Below, piece by piece: positions 46,430-56,191 of a stretch of DNA of 64,000 bases (within the stretch, counting starts at the first letter, position 1; every line of letters starts with the position of its first letter). The stretch is from Nitrospinota bacterium (GTDB lineage: Bacteria > UBA8248), in assembly GCA_046581755.1 (NCBI GenBank), contig JAYGFR010000103.1, positions 40,526 through 104,525 on the forward strand. Direction: 5' to 3'. Both the position numbers and the translations under genes were made by a program. The notes under the pieces were generated by a model. It had not been told where the DNA came from, did not search any database, and was given only the letters and a program-made list of their open reading frames with translations.

Positions 46430-47260
46430 ATGAGAGCCGCCGACCTTCACATGACGCAGGAAATTCTCGGATACTCGCGCTTTCACTTCATCACCCTGCC
46501 CCAGGGCGCGGACGATCCGGCCCTCTCCGAGGCGCTGGATGCGCTGGGCAGGCGGATGGAGAACATGCACATCGTCGAAGGAGGCCCGGCCACTGAGGCT
46601 TTCCGCGGGGGGCGCTACCAATACCTCCGGGCGGAGAGGGGATTTTCTTCCGAGCGCGATATCGCCCACCCCGAAATGGCGCGCGCCGATGTTCTTATCC
46701 GCACCGAATGCGCCGATGCCGATCCGCTGGACCGCTACGAGGAGGGCCTTCGCCATGAAATCGAGAAACGGGAAGGCTCGCTGGAAACGCTGAGCGGAAT
46801 CCAGAAGCCGCGCAGCTACACGAGCTACGCGATGACCCAGTTCGCCTACACCCCCGCCCTTCCGCCCGCCTCGGGCGCGGTCCTTCCGATCGGGGTGGTG
46901 ACCCCCCAGAACAAGACCCGGAAATGGTGGAAAATGGATTGGATGCGCCGGGAGAGCTTTTTTCTGCCCCGCTATGACGATGAGGGCCGAATTACCGCGA
47001 GGGGCCACGCCCTGGCCTCCAAAGAGGGGGTTCCCGGCATCCACCGCCGCCTCGCCCACCATCCCGAAGGTTATGGCCTGAAGGAGGGCTACGACTTCGT
47101 GGGCTATTTCGAGTTCGCGGAAAACGATGCCGAAACCTTCCGCGCCGTCATGGCCGCCCTCCGGGACGAGGCGGACAATCCCGAGTGGGCCTACGTCCAA
47201 GAGGGGCCCGAATGGTGGGGCCGCCGGGTGGGCCTTGCCCGGGATCTTTGGAGAAAATAA
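46430..47260 (+). CDS. Hypothetical protein with a chlorite dismutase/HemQ-like C-terminal region
   Basis: KTRKWWKM...GH...IHRRLAH...YDFVGYFEF...F..VMAALR...EWAYVQEG. Confidence 0.55.
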   Translation: MRAADLHMTQEILGYSRFHFITLPQGADDPALSEALDALGRRMENMHIVEGGPATEAFRGGRYQYLRAERGFSSERDIAHPEMARADVLIRTECADADPLDRYEEGLRHEIEKREGSLETLSGIQKPRSYTSYAMTQFAYTPALPPASGAVLPIGVVTPQNKTRKWWKMDWMRRESFFLPRYDDEGRITARGHALASKEGVPGIHRRLAHHPEGYGLKEGYDFVGYFEFAENDAETFRAVMAALRDEADNPEWAYVQEGPEWWGRRVGLARDLWRK

Positions 47261-47362
47261 AATCGGATCTATGCTATGTAATGCTAGGCTGGGAGTCTGG
47301 GACGGCAAGGAAAAACACAATTAATTCAGATGGTTGAACCTCATTTTTAATAGGAACCACAG

Positions 47363-47911
47363 ATGCCTTTTCGGTACAAGACTTACGTCACCTATCACCA
47401 CGACTTGGCCCAAGAAATCAAATCCGACGATGTCCGATACGTCCGGCAATTATTGGACTGGGAAATCCGGGACGAGGACCACATCGCCTTTGTCAACGCC
47501 ATCGAAAAATTCGCGCTATTGAACGATGAGGCCAAGCAGCTTGAGTTGGTGCACGGAATCAAGGAGCGATTGGCGAATTCGACCAACCTTTTGCTGATCA
47601 TGGAAACCACTGTCAAGGAGGAGACGCCCTGGGTGAAGTTTGAGGTCGAATGGGCGGTGGATCATTGCAAAATTCCGATCATCGCGGCCTACAAGGGCTA
47701 TGACAACATTCTGGCGCCCGGCAACCTCGAGCATCACTGGCCCAATGTGCTGGACCTGAGAATCCGGAATGCCTCCGCTCAAGTGGTGCACGTTCCATTT
47801 CTAAAATATCCGCTCCTGCGGGCGGTGGGTCAATTCGACCACAACAACCCGCCCAAGGGCAGCCTTCACTCATACTCCAAATGGGCCTACGAGCACTGGA
47901 AGCTGGTATAG
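47363..47911 (+). CDS. TIR-like domain protein (ThsB/MTH538-like)
   Basis: KTYVTY, IKERLANSTNLLLI, PWVKFEVEWAVD..KIPIIAAY, HWP, VVHVPF. Confidence 0.72.
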   Translation: MPFRYKTYVTYHHDLAQEIKSDDVRYVRQLLDWEIRDEDHIAFVNAIEKFALLNDEAKQLELVHGIKERLANSTNLLLIMETTVKEETPWVKFEVEWAVDHCKIPIIAAYKGYDNILAPGNLEHHWPNVLDLRIRNASAQVVHVPFLKYPLLRAVGQFDHNNPPKGSLHSYSKWAYEHWKLV

Positions 47912-48016
47912 CCCGCCCTCTCGCCGGGCTCCGGGCCGGCCGCCATTTCCCGCTCCCCCGGACCGGCCAACACGGCCCACACCGCCAGCGGCACTCTTAT
48001 TGGCCTCTTCCTCCCG

Positions 48017-50248
48017 TCACCGCCTCTCGATGCCCCAACGAAAACGGCTGACAAGGATGGTGGCCGGAAGAAAGAGCAAATCGCAAAGAACGGCGAGCAG
48101 TATCGTCACGCCGGTAAAAAAGGAAAAATGCACGACCGGTATAAAATTACCGATGACGCCGACCCAAAATCCCCCCGCAAGGACGAGCGCCGCGGCCGCG
48201 ATTGGCTTCCCGGCGATACGGATCGTCCGGCGAACGGCCTCCTCCTTCGTTTGCCCCTCTTCCCGGAGAAAGTGGAACGTATAGAGAAAGTGGATGGTGC
48301 CGTCCACCACCAGCCCCATCGAAACGCTCGAGATCATCGCGGCCGGAACGTTCAGCGGGATGCCCAGCCAGCCCATCAGCCCGAACACCGAGGCGATGGG
48401 GATCAAGTTGGGGATCACCGAGAGCGCCATCACCCGAATCGATCGGAACAAAACGCCGATTGTCGAGAGGACAAAAACCGCCGCCAATAGAAGCCCGGAC
48501 ACCTGCCTGGAGACCAAAACGGCGGACATATTGGCAAGGAGCAGGGTGTTCCCGGTCATTCGCAGCCACAGGCCGTCCCCCATCCGATCCCTGGCGAATT
48601 CCCGGATTCTATTGTGGAACGCCCGAAGCTCCGCCGTCCCGATGGATTTCATCCGGACAGCCACGCGGAGGCGCGTAAAATCATCGTTGATCCAGTGGCG
48701 GAGGCGGCGCCCCTTTGCCGATGAGGCCGCCGTGACCGCCGCGTAAAGAAGCTTTCCCTCCGCTCCGGGCGGGATGGGCGACCGCCCTCCCCCCGCGGGC
48801 CTGCCCGAAGCGTGAATGAGCCCGTCCACCACCGAAAAGGTTTTCGTCACCGCTGGATGGGACTCCAGAAAATCCTGAAGCGCACCCACTTTTTCGAGCG
48901 ATGCCCGATCGCCCACCTTCCCGCCGCCCGCCGCGCCGATCATGATCTCGAGGGAGTTCACCCCTCCCATGTGATCATCGATGAACCGGGTCGCCCGGTA
49001 GAGGGGAGCGTCCGGGCGGAGGGTCCGGATGATGTCGGTGTCCACCACCAGGCGCGGCAGGCCGGACACCGCCACCGCCGACAAAAGCACCGCCGCGATC
49101 ATCACGGCCGCCGGGCGGCCGCTCACAACCTCCATCGACCAATCGAGCGCCCGATCCAGAACGCCGCGCCCGGCCGGACTCCGGAAGCCGCCGCCCCGGC
49201 CGGCGATGAAAACGACGATGAGGGGAAAAACGCTTATCGAGAGCAGAAACGAAATCATCACCCCGGCCGCGGCAAACCAGGCGAAATCCTGAACGGCGGG
49301 AACGCCCAGCGCCGCCGTGGCCAGAAGACCCCCCGCCGTCGTCAGGGCCGACAAAAAACAGGGAGTCAGCACATTTCGGAGCGCGCTCCGGAGCGCCAGC
49401 CCGGGAGGCCGCCCATCGGCGGCGATCCGGGCGTAGTGGCTCAGGAAATGGATGATTCCGCCCAGGGAAACGATGATGACCACCGGCGAGATGAGGCTCG
49501 TCACCGTGTTGATCTCTTTTCCAAAGAGGGCGAACAGGCCCAGCGTCCACAAGAGAGCGCATCCGACAAGAAGCGTCGCGAGAAGGGCGGTGGGGGCGCT
49601 TCGAAACAGGGCGAAGATGAGAATGGCGATCAGGACGAACATGAGGGGAACGATTCGGCTCTGGTCCTCGCGGACATAGGCCGAGATATCGTTTTTCTCG
49701 ACCGGGATTCCCGCGATGAAGACCTGCGCGCCGGGTGAGGCGGGGCCAGAAGAGAGGCCGCGAAGCGCCTTCACGATCCGCCCCCGGTAGGCGCGATCCC
49801 CATCGATGTGCTCGATCCAGACGATAATCGCAAACGAGCGGAAATCGGAGGATGCGAGAACGTCCGAATAGGCGGGGTCCTCAAGAAGGGTGCGCCGGGC
49901 CTCCTCCTCGTCGATCTTTTCCTCCGCCCCGCCCGAGGGCCGCAGCGGGCTCTGCACCATCCGGACGTTCGGAATTCGGCGGGCTTTTTCCGCGAAGGTT
50001 TCGATCCTCTCGAGTGCGGCTGAATCGGCGGGCGCCCTCAGGCGAAGGGCCCCGACGATAAATTCGTCACTCCCGAAAATTTCGCGGAACTCCTCCAGAT
50101 ACCGGAAGGCCGGATCGTCCCGGGGGAGCATTTTCTCGTTCGAGGAATCCACCCGCAGACCGAATACCTGCCACCCGAAGAAAACGGTCAAAAGCACGAA
50201 GGCCGCCAGCACCCAGCCGAATCTTCGTAGTAGAAAGGTTCCGAACAT
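48017..50248 (-). CDS. MMPL/RND family transporter
   Basis: FREIFGSDE, two 1+5 TM halves, LTTAGG, GLVVDGTIHFL, DLLFLPA. Confidence 0.88.
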   Translation of the reverse strand: MFGTFLLRRFGWVLAAFVLLTVFFGWQVFGLRVDSSNEKMLPRDDPAFRYLEEFREIFGSDEFIVGALRLRAPADSAALERIETFAEKARRIPNVRMVQSPLRPSGGAEEKIDEEEARRTLLEDPAYSDVLASSDFRSFAIIVWIEHIDGDRAYRGRIVKALRGLSSGPASPGAQVFIAGIPVEKNDISAYVREDQSRIVPLMFVLIAILIFALFRSAPTALLATLLVGCALLWTLGLFALFGKEINTVTSLISPVVIIVSLGGIIHFLSHYARIAADGRPPGLALRSALRNVLTPCFLSALTTAGGLLATAALGVPAVQDFAWFAAAGVMISFLLSISVFPLIVVFIAGRGGGFRSPAGRGVLDRALDWSMEVVSGRPAAVMIAAVLLSAVAVSGLPRLVVDTDIIRTLRPDAPLYRATRFIDDHMGGVNSLEIMIGAAGGGKVGDRASLEKVGALQDFLESHPAVTKTFSVVDGLIHASGRPAGGGRSPIPPGAEGKLLYAAVTAASSAKGRRLRHWINDDFTRLRVAVRMKSIGTAELRAFHNRIREFARDRMGDGLWLRMTGNTLLLANMSAVLVSRQVSGLLLAAVFVLSTIGVLFRSIRVMALSVIPNLIPIASVFGLMGWLGIPLNVPAAMISSVSMGLVVDGTIHFLYTFHFLREEGQTKEEAVRRTIRIAGKPIAAAALVLAGGFWVGVIGNFIPVVHFSFFTGVTILLAVLCDLLFLPATILVSRFRWGIERR

Positions 50249-50490
50249 ACAGGCCGACCTTTATTCCGGGCCCAGCGAATCTGGGGATGAAAAGATGGAC
50301 GGAATTTCCTTGGCCGGGCTCGTTTGTAAATTCCGGCGTCATCCCTCCGGGCCGGAGGGGCGCCCCAGTCAATTCCTCGGGGACAGGAGAAAAGCGGAAA
50401 CCAAAATATCGGGCCCGTCAACAGTTTCGAGAAAACCGGGCGGGGGGCGGAGGGGGGGCCGTCAAGGCCCGGGGCGGGATGGCGTTTCCC

Positions 50491-51546
50491 TCAATCCGGC
50501 CAGCAAATCAGGAGCTGCTCGATGCTGAAGCCGGGACCCATCGCCAGCAAAAGGCCGGTGTCCCCGCCCCGCGCCTGGCCGGATTGGAGAATTTCATCGA
50601 GAATCATGAGAATCGTCGATGAAGACACGTTTCCGCACTCGCTGAGGACTTTCCGGGAAAAGTACAGAGCCTCGTTCGTCACCCCGAGTTCGTCCCGGTA
50701 GACTTCGAGTATCCGCTTGCCGCCCGGATGAAGGAGCAGATGGTCGATCCCCTCGAGGGAAAGCTCGTTTTCCGCCAGAAACTCTTCCACGGTGGGCCGC
50801 ACCCGCTCCTTCACGGCCTGGGGGATATTCTTCGAAAGAATGATCTGAAACCCCTTTTCGCCGAGCCTGAATCCCATCAACCCGGTCGAATCCGGCAAGG
50901 TGGTCGTCCGCGAGTCTACGATCTCGGGCCGGCCGTTTTCGGGCCGCCCGCTCAAGACCGCGGCGGCGGCGCCATCGCCGAAGATCGCCAACGAAACGAT
51001 ATTGTCCAACGAAAGATCGTCGAACTGAAAGGTCAGGGTGGGAAGTTCGACCGACACCAGAAGAACCCGGTGATCGGGAAATCCGAGAAGGTACTCCCGC
51101 GCCCTGGAGAGCCCAGCCGCGCCCGCCGCGCAGCCCAACTCGGTGATCGGAAGCCGCTTCGTCGCGGCGCCCATTCCGAGCTCGTCGATGAGATAGGCGT
51201 CCACCGAGGGGATCATGAAGCCCGTGCAGGAAACCGAGATGATCATGTCGATATCGCCGGGCGCCAGGCCCGCCGCCTCGATCGCCATCCGGCTCACCTT
51301 TGCGCCCAGGCGGATTATGTTCTCCTCGTATAGGCGGTTGCTTTCGGTCAGGGATTTGGGGCGGAATACTTCTTCGATGGGGAGAACCGACGAGCGCAGG
51401 TCCACCTCGGCGTTGCGGCACATCCGGACGGCGGTCTCCGGATTTCTTCCCGTCCCCGAGAGCCAGTCCGAAATCCAGGGTTCGGCGGCCGACTGGGGAT
51501 ACTTGTATTCGGCCAGCGTTTTTGCGGTGGAGAGCACAACGGCCAT
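50491..51546 (-). CDS. Type III polyketide synthase (chalcone synthase-like, BpsA type)
   Basis: SCTGF.IPSVD; Cys-His-Asn triad in ELGCAAG, LHPGGKRIL and GNVSS; AMGPGF. Confidence 0.92.
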   Translation of the reverse strand: MAVVLSTAKTLAEYKYPQSAAEPWISDWLSGTGRNPETAVRMCRNAEVDLRSSVLPIEEVFRPKSLTESNRLYEENIIRLGAKVSRMAIEAAGLAPGDIDMIISVSCTGFMIPSVDAYLIDELGMGAATKRLPITELGCAAGAAGLSRAREYLLGFPDHRVLLVSVELPTLTFQFDDLSLDNIVSLAIFGDGAAAAVLSGRPENGRPEIVDSRTTTLPDSTGLMGFRLGEKGFQIILSKNIPQAVKERVRPTVEEFLAENELSLEGIDHLLLHPGGKRILEVYRDELGVTNEALYFSRKVLSECGNVSSSTILMILDEILQSGQARGGDTGLLLAMGPGFSIEQLLICWPD

Positions 51547-51789
51547 GCATCGATTCCTTTCAATGAATTTTTAAGCCAGGAAAATTCCGGCGAAACCGGC
51601 GCCCCGGCCACTATCCTCTAACTGCGCGCTGTTTCATACTCCCGCGATAATAACGATATACGGCACGGGGACTTGTCGCGGGCTTCCGCGCCCCTTATCC
51701 TTCTGGCATCCCCGGTCCGGGCCTCGGCGCGCGTTCCCGGCCGGGGCCATCCGTAGCGACTTTCGCAAGCCGATTTTCAGGACTCTTTC

Positions 51790-52530
51790 GTGAATCTTAC
51801 CACCTTCGAACTAGCGGCCATCGCCCTGGGGGCGTTCGGGACCGGATTCTTCAAGTCCACCTTCAGCATGGCGATCGGCCTGGTCCTCGTGCCGGTCATG
51901 CTCCTCTTCTGGCCCACGCGGTTCATCATCGGAACCATCGCGATCCACATGCTGATTTCGGACTATGCCGTTATCCACCGGTTTTGGAAGCAGTGGGAAT
52001 GGAACCTAGCCAAATTGGTGATTCCCGGCTTCTATGCCGGCATCGTCGCCGGAACGAGCATCCTCGTGAATCTTCCCGACTTCTGGATTCGAAAATCCAT
52101 CGGCGCCTCCTGCCTGGTTTTCATCCTCACCCGGACCTGGTCGGAGATCAAAGGCGCCCTTCCCGCCCTTCGGATCGGCCGCCGCGCCGGATTCGCCATC
52201 GGCCTCGGGGGCGGCATCGTGAGCGCCATTACCCATACGGGGGGCACGGTGCTGACCCTCTACCTGCTCAGCCAGGGGGTGCAAAAAGTTCAGCTCGTCT
52301 CGACCATCATCGTCACCTGGATTCTCGTGAACCCGCTCAAGGTCGCCTCCTACTATGCCGGCGGGCTCCTCACCCCGGCCCTTCTTTTCGCCGGAGCGGC
52401 GTCCATCCCCTTCGCATTCGCGGGGGGATGGCTCGGGAGAAGGGTGCTAGACATGATGTCCCAGCGGGTTTTCAACTTCTCCCTCCTCGGGCTGGCGGCG
52501 GCCACCGCCCTCCGTCTTCTTTGGGAATAG
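51790..52530 (+). CDS. TauE/SafE family sulfite exporter
   Basis: About 245 aa, hydrophobic; GFFKS, GIVAGT, GGIVSAITHTGG, GWLGRR..SQRVF. Confidence 0.8.
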   Translation: MNLTTFELAAIALGAFGTGFFKSTFSMAIGLVLVPVMLLFWPTRFIIGTIAIHMLISDYAVIHRFWKQWEWNLAKLVIPGFYAGIVAGTSILVNLPDFWIRKSIGASCLVFILTRTWSEIKGALPALRIGRRAGFAIGLGGGIVSAITHTGGTVLTLYLLSQGVQKVQLVSTIIVTWILVNPLKVASYYAGGLLTPALLFAGAASIPFAFAGGWLGRRVLDMMSQRVFNFSLLGLAAATALRLLWE

Positions 52531-52532
52531 AA

Positions 52533-53282
52533 TTGTTCGACTTCTCTCCGCTCCAGTGGGCGCTGATCTGCATCGCCGCCTTCGGCAACGGATTCCTCAT
52601 GCGCACCTTCGGCGGCGGGGTCGGCATCACCCTGATGCCTGTGCTCGCCATCGGGTTTCCCGCCAAATTCGCCCTGGTGTACCTGGCGATTTGCACCTCC
52701 TGGGTGAGCCTGGGCATCGCCCGCCAGATGTGGCGCCACTGGGACCGCCGAATGGCCTATATCTTCTTTCCCGGCATGGCGGCGGGCGTCATCCTCGGCG
52801 GATGGGTGCTGACCTGGATCCCCGAATATCATCTCCGCTTTTTCATCGGCGCCATTTGCCTGATCATCGCCGCCTACCAGGTTTTCGTGGAACTGCGGGG
52901 AAGGCCGCCCAATATCGCTCCGATGCCGGTCTGGGCCGGAATCGGGATCGGCTCGATCAGCGGATTGAACTCCACCCTGGCGAACGCCGGGGCCACCCTT
53001 CTGGTCCCCATTATGATCGGACAAAACCTCGCGCCGAGAATGATCGTGGGAACCATCTGGGCGATTTTTTTCCTCCTGAATCCCCTGCGGCTCGTAGCCT
53101 ACTGGAACGCGGAGATACTCACCGTGCCCGTCGTATCGGCCACCGCCATCGCCATCCCCCTGCTTTGGGCGGGGGTGCGGAGCGGCGCTTGGCTCCAGCC
53201 CCGGCTCCCCCGGAGAGCGTTCAACTTGCTCGTCCTCTCCATCGCCCTGGCCGGCTCGATCCGGATCCTTTTGACCGGCTAA
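52533..53282 (+). CDS. TauE/SafE family sulfite exporter (second copy)
   Basis: GFLMRTFGGGVG, GVILGG, SGLNSTLANAG, GAWLQPRLPRRAF; TTG start uncertain. Confidence 0.78.
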   Translation: MFDFSPLQWALICIAAFGNGFLMRTFGGGVGITLMPVLAIGFPAKFALVYLAICTSWVSLGIARQMWRHWDRRMAYIFFPGMAAGVILGGWVLTWIPEYHLRFFIGAICLIIAAYQVFVELRGRPPNIAPMPVWAGIGIGSISGLNSTLANAGATLLVPIMIGQNLAPRMIVGTIWAIFFLLNPLRLVAYWNAEILTVPVVSATAIAIPLLWAGVRSGAWLQPRLPRRAFNLLVLSIALAGSIRILLTG

Positions 53283-53393
53283 CCTCTCCCCATTGCTGGA
53301 CACGCTTTCCCGCCAGGCCCTATAAGGGGCTCTCCGCCAAACGGCGGCGCCCCGGGCCGCCCGGGACGCCTCCCCACTTCAGGAGATCGAATC

Positions 53394-54344
53394 GTGCGAA
53401 CCGTCGTCCCCGACGATTATCCCCCCGTCATGACCGGAAGCCGCGGGGAGGAGCGCCTGGCCCAGCTGGGCGAGGTGGAGATCCATCCCATCGACTGCAA
53501 GGGGGGAAAGGAACTTCTTCGCCTCGCCGAGGGCGCCGGCGCCATCGTGAACATCCGTGCCCGGTGCCGTTTCGACCGGGATTTTTTCGAGAAAGCCTCC
53601 GCCCTGCGGGTCCTCTCCATCTGGGGAACGGGAACGGATCATGTCGATCTCCCCGCCGCGAAGGAGGCGGGCGTCGTGGTCTCGAACACCCCCGGCGTCG
53701 CCGCCCACTCGGTCGCCGAGCACACCCTGGCCCTCATGTTGGCCGCCGCGCGGCAGATCCCCGCGAACGACGCCGCCCTCAGGCGGGACGAATGGCCGCG
53801 CGGGCAGATGACCCAACTGACGGGAAAAACGCTTGGCCTCATCGGCCTGGGGGCCATCGGCCGCCAGACGGCCCGCATCGCCCGCGGCATCGGGATGCGC
53901 CTGATCGCCTGGACGTTTCATCCCGACGACGCCTTCGCGAAAGAGTTGGAGATCGAGTGGGTCGAACTCGATGCGCTCTACGAGCGGGCCGATGTCGTGT
54001 CGATCCACGTGCGCCAAACGCCCGACACCGAGGGAATGGTCGGAGAAGAAGCCTTCGCGCGGATGAAGCCGGGCGCCATTCTGGTGAACACGGCGCGCGG
54101 GCCCATCGTGGACGAGGAGGCGCTTGTCCGGGCGCTGACCGAGGGCCCCCTCGCGGCGGCGGGCCTGGATGTGTTCGGAAAAGAACCGCTTCCCTCCGGC
54201 CATCCGATCGCCCGGCTGCCCAACGCCGTTCTCTCCCCGCACAACGCCGGCGTCACCCCGGAGGTGACCGAGGCAGGCCTGCTCATGGCCGCCGAGAATG
54301 TGGCCGCTTTTTTCGAGGGAAAACCGCAGAACGTCGTGACCTGA
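53394..54344 (+). CDS. D-2-hydroxyacid / phosphoglycerate dehydrogenase family
   Basis: GTGTDHVD, SVAEHT, GLIGLGAIG, VNTARGPIVDE, GLDVF, SPHNAG. Confidence 0.9.
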   Translation: MRTVVPDDYPPVMTGSRGEERLAQLGEVEIHPIDCKGGKELLRLAEGAGAIVNIRARCRFDRDFFEKASALRVLSIWGTGTDHVDLPAAKEAGVVVSNTPGVAAHSVAEHTLALMLAAARQIPANDAALRRDEWPRGQMTQLTGKTLGLIGLGAIGRQTARIARGIGMRLIAWTFHPDDAFAKELEIEWVELDALYERADVVSIHVRQTPDTEGMVGEEAFARMKPGAILVNTARGPIVDEEALVRALTEGPLAAAGLDVFGKEPLPSGHPIARLPNAVLSPHNAGVTPEVTEAGLLMAAENVAAFFEGKPQNVVT

Positions 54345-54365
54345 TCGGAGACCGGAAACCCCCGC

Positions 54366-56147
54366 CTACCACCCGCCCGCGCTGGAGGCGCGGCGGGCGT
54401 CCGCCCCGCCGAGGAGGATGCCCGATTTCGGGTCCCGGACGATGCAGCAAACGCTCCCCAGAGATCGGGAGTAGTCCGGCACCTCTTCGAGCCGGTAGCC
54501 CCGCCCGCGCATGGCATCGCCCGATTCGCGGCAGATGCGCGCCTCCGCGAACGTGCGGCCGGGGTCGTAGCGGTGGGGCCAGAACGAGTTGGGAAAGTTC
54601 ATGCTCGCCGCCCGGGGCGCCTCGACCGCTATCTGGGGAAGTATCCCGAAATCGACGATGTTCAAAAACACCTGGAGCATCGCCTGGGGCTGGACATCTC
54701 CGCCGGGGGTTCCGAAGGTCATGAATATTTCGCCCTCCCGGAGGGCGAGGGCCGGGTTCGGGCTCAGGCGGGGGCGCTTCCCCGGGGCCGCCGCGCTCGG
54801 ATGCCCCTCCTCGAGCCAGCTCTGCGAGCCTCGCCCGGAGACGGTGCAGCCGACGCCCGGAATGATCGGGGTGTCGGCCGAGGGGTCCGAGGGGGTGGCC
54901 GAGAAGGCATTGCCCTCGGCGTCGATCACCGTGCAGTAGGAGGTGTCCTCGGACGTCCCGGCCGGGCCCGCCGCCGCGCGCGGCGGAGCGGGAGCCCCGC
55001 CCGGGTGGCCGTTTCGCGCGGTAGAGGCGGCCTCCTGGTATGTCCAGGGATCGCCCGCAGGCGCCATTTCGCCGAACGCCTCCGCACCCTCGAGCAGCTT
55101 CGCCCGCTCGGCCGCGTAGGCTTTCGAGAGAATCCCCTCGATGGGTACATCCACGAATTCCGGATCCCCGTAGTAGCGGTGCCGGTCGGCGAAGGACAGA
55201 TCGAGCGCCGAAAGTATCCTGTGAAGATAATCGGGCGAGTTGTGGCCCAGGGCGGGGAGATCCGAGGATTCGAGCAGGTTGAGCGTCGCCGGAACAACGG
55301 GGCCCTGGCACCAGGGACCGCAGCCATACACCTCGTATCCCCGGTACACGATTCGAATGGGCTCCTCTTCCTGGACATGGCAATCGGCCAAATCCTCCAT
55401 CGTGAGGACCCCGCCGTTCGCCTGGACGAAATCGGTGACCCTTCTCGCCGTCTCTCCCCGGAAGATTTCATCCCGGGCCGCCCGGATGCCGGCGCTCCTT
55501 CCGCCCGGCGCCTTTTCCTCGGCGCGGACCATGCGCTTCATCGTCTCGGCGAGTTCCGCCAGAACCACCATTCCGCCCACGGGAATCGGCTCTCCGTTCC
55601 GGAAAAAAATCTTCCGGGTCTCCTCGAACTGGTAGTAGGCGTCGCGGAGTTCAACGATGTGATCGTAGAGGACGGGGAACATCGGGTAGCCGCCCCCGGC
55701 CAGGGCGATGGCGTCCCCGGCGGCTTCGGCGAAGCTTTTCGTGCCGTAGCGATCCAGGGCCATGAGCCAGGAATCGGCCGCGGCCGGCGTCACCGTCCGC
55801 TTGACCCCGACGGGAATCTCGCCGCCGCAGCTATTCCGGAACCATTCGGGGGTGGCCGCCTTCGGCCACCGGCCCACGCCGTCGATCGAAACGACGCGGT
55901 TTTCTTTTTTGAGGTAGACGATGATGGGCGCGACGCCCAAAAAAGAGGTGAAATCGGACAAAAGCACATTGAGGCAGATACCGGCGGCGACCCCGGCGTC
56001 GATAGCGTTGCCGCCGTTTTCCAGGATGCGGAGCGCCGCCCGGGTCGCCAGCGGGTGGCCCGAAGAGGCCATGACGTGCCGGCCCATCGCCTGCGCGCGG
56101 TGGGCGACATATTCTTTTCCGTCCCGGGTGGTGTGTCGGAAAGACAT
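54366..56147 (-). CDS. Gamma-glutamyltransferase family protein
   Basis: GGNAIDAG, nucleophile Thr in EDTSYC, PGKRP, FGTPGGDVQPQ, GGADAR. Confidence 0.9.
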   Translation of the reverse strand: MSFRHTTRDGKEYVAHRAQAMGRHVMASSGHPLATRAALRILENGGNAIDAGVAAGICLNVLLSDFTSFLGVAPIIVYLKKENRVVSIDGVGRWPKAATPEWFRNSCGGEIPVGVKRTVTPAAADSWLMALDRYGTKSFAEAAGDAIALAGGGYPMFPVLYDHIVELRDAYYQFEETRKIFFRNGEPIPVGGMVVLAELAETMKRMVRAEEKAPGGRSAGIRAARDEIFRGETARRVTDFVQANGGVLTMEDLADCHVQEEEPIRIVYRGYEVYGCGPWCQGPVVPATLNLLESSDLPALGHNSPDYLHRILSALDLSFADRHRYYGDPEFVDVPIEGILSKAYAAERAKLLEGAEAFGEMAPAGDPWTYQEAASTARNGHPGGAPAPPRAAAGPAGTSEDTSYCTVIDAEGNAFSATPSDPSADTPIIPGVGCTVSGRGSQSWLEEGHPSAAAPGKRPRLSPNPALALREGEIFMTFGTPGGDVQPQAMLQVFLNIVDFGILPQIAVEAPRAASMNFPNSFWPHRYDPGRTFAEARICRESGDAMRGRGYRLEEVPDYSRSLGSVCCIVRDPKSGILLGGADARRASSAGGW

Positions 56148-56191
56148 ATGAGCACCTCACGATGAACCGGTTTATGATGACGGGGATTCTA

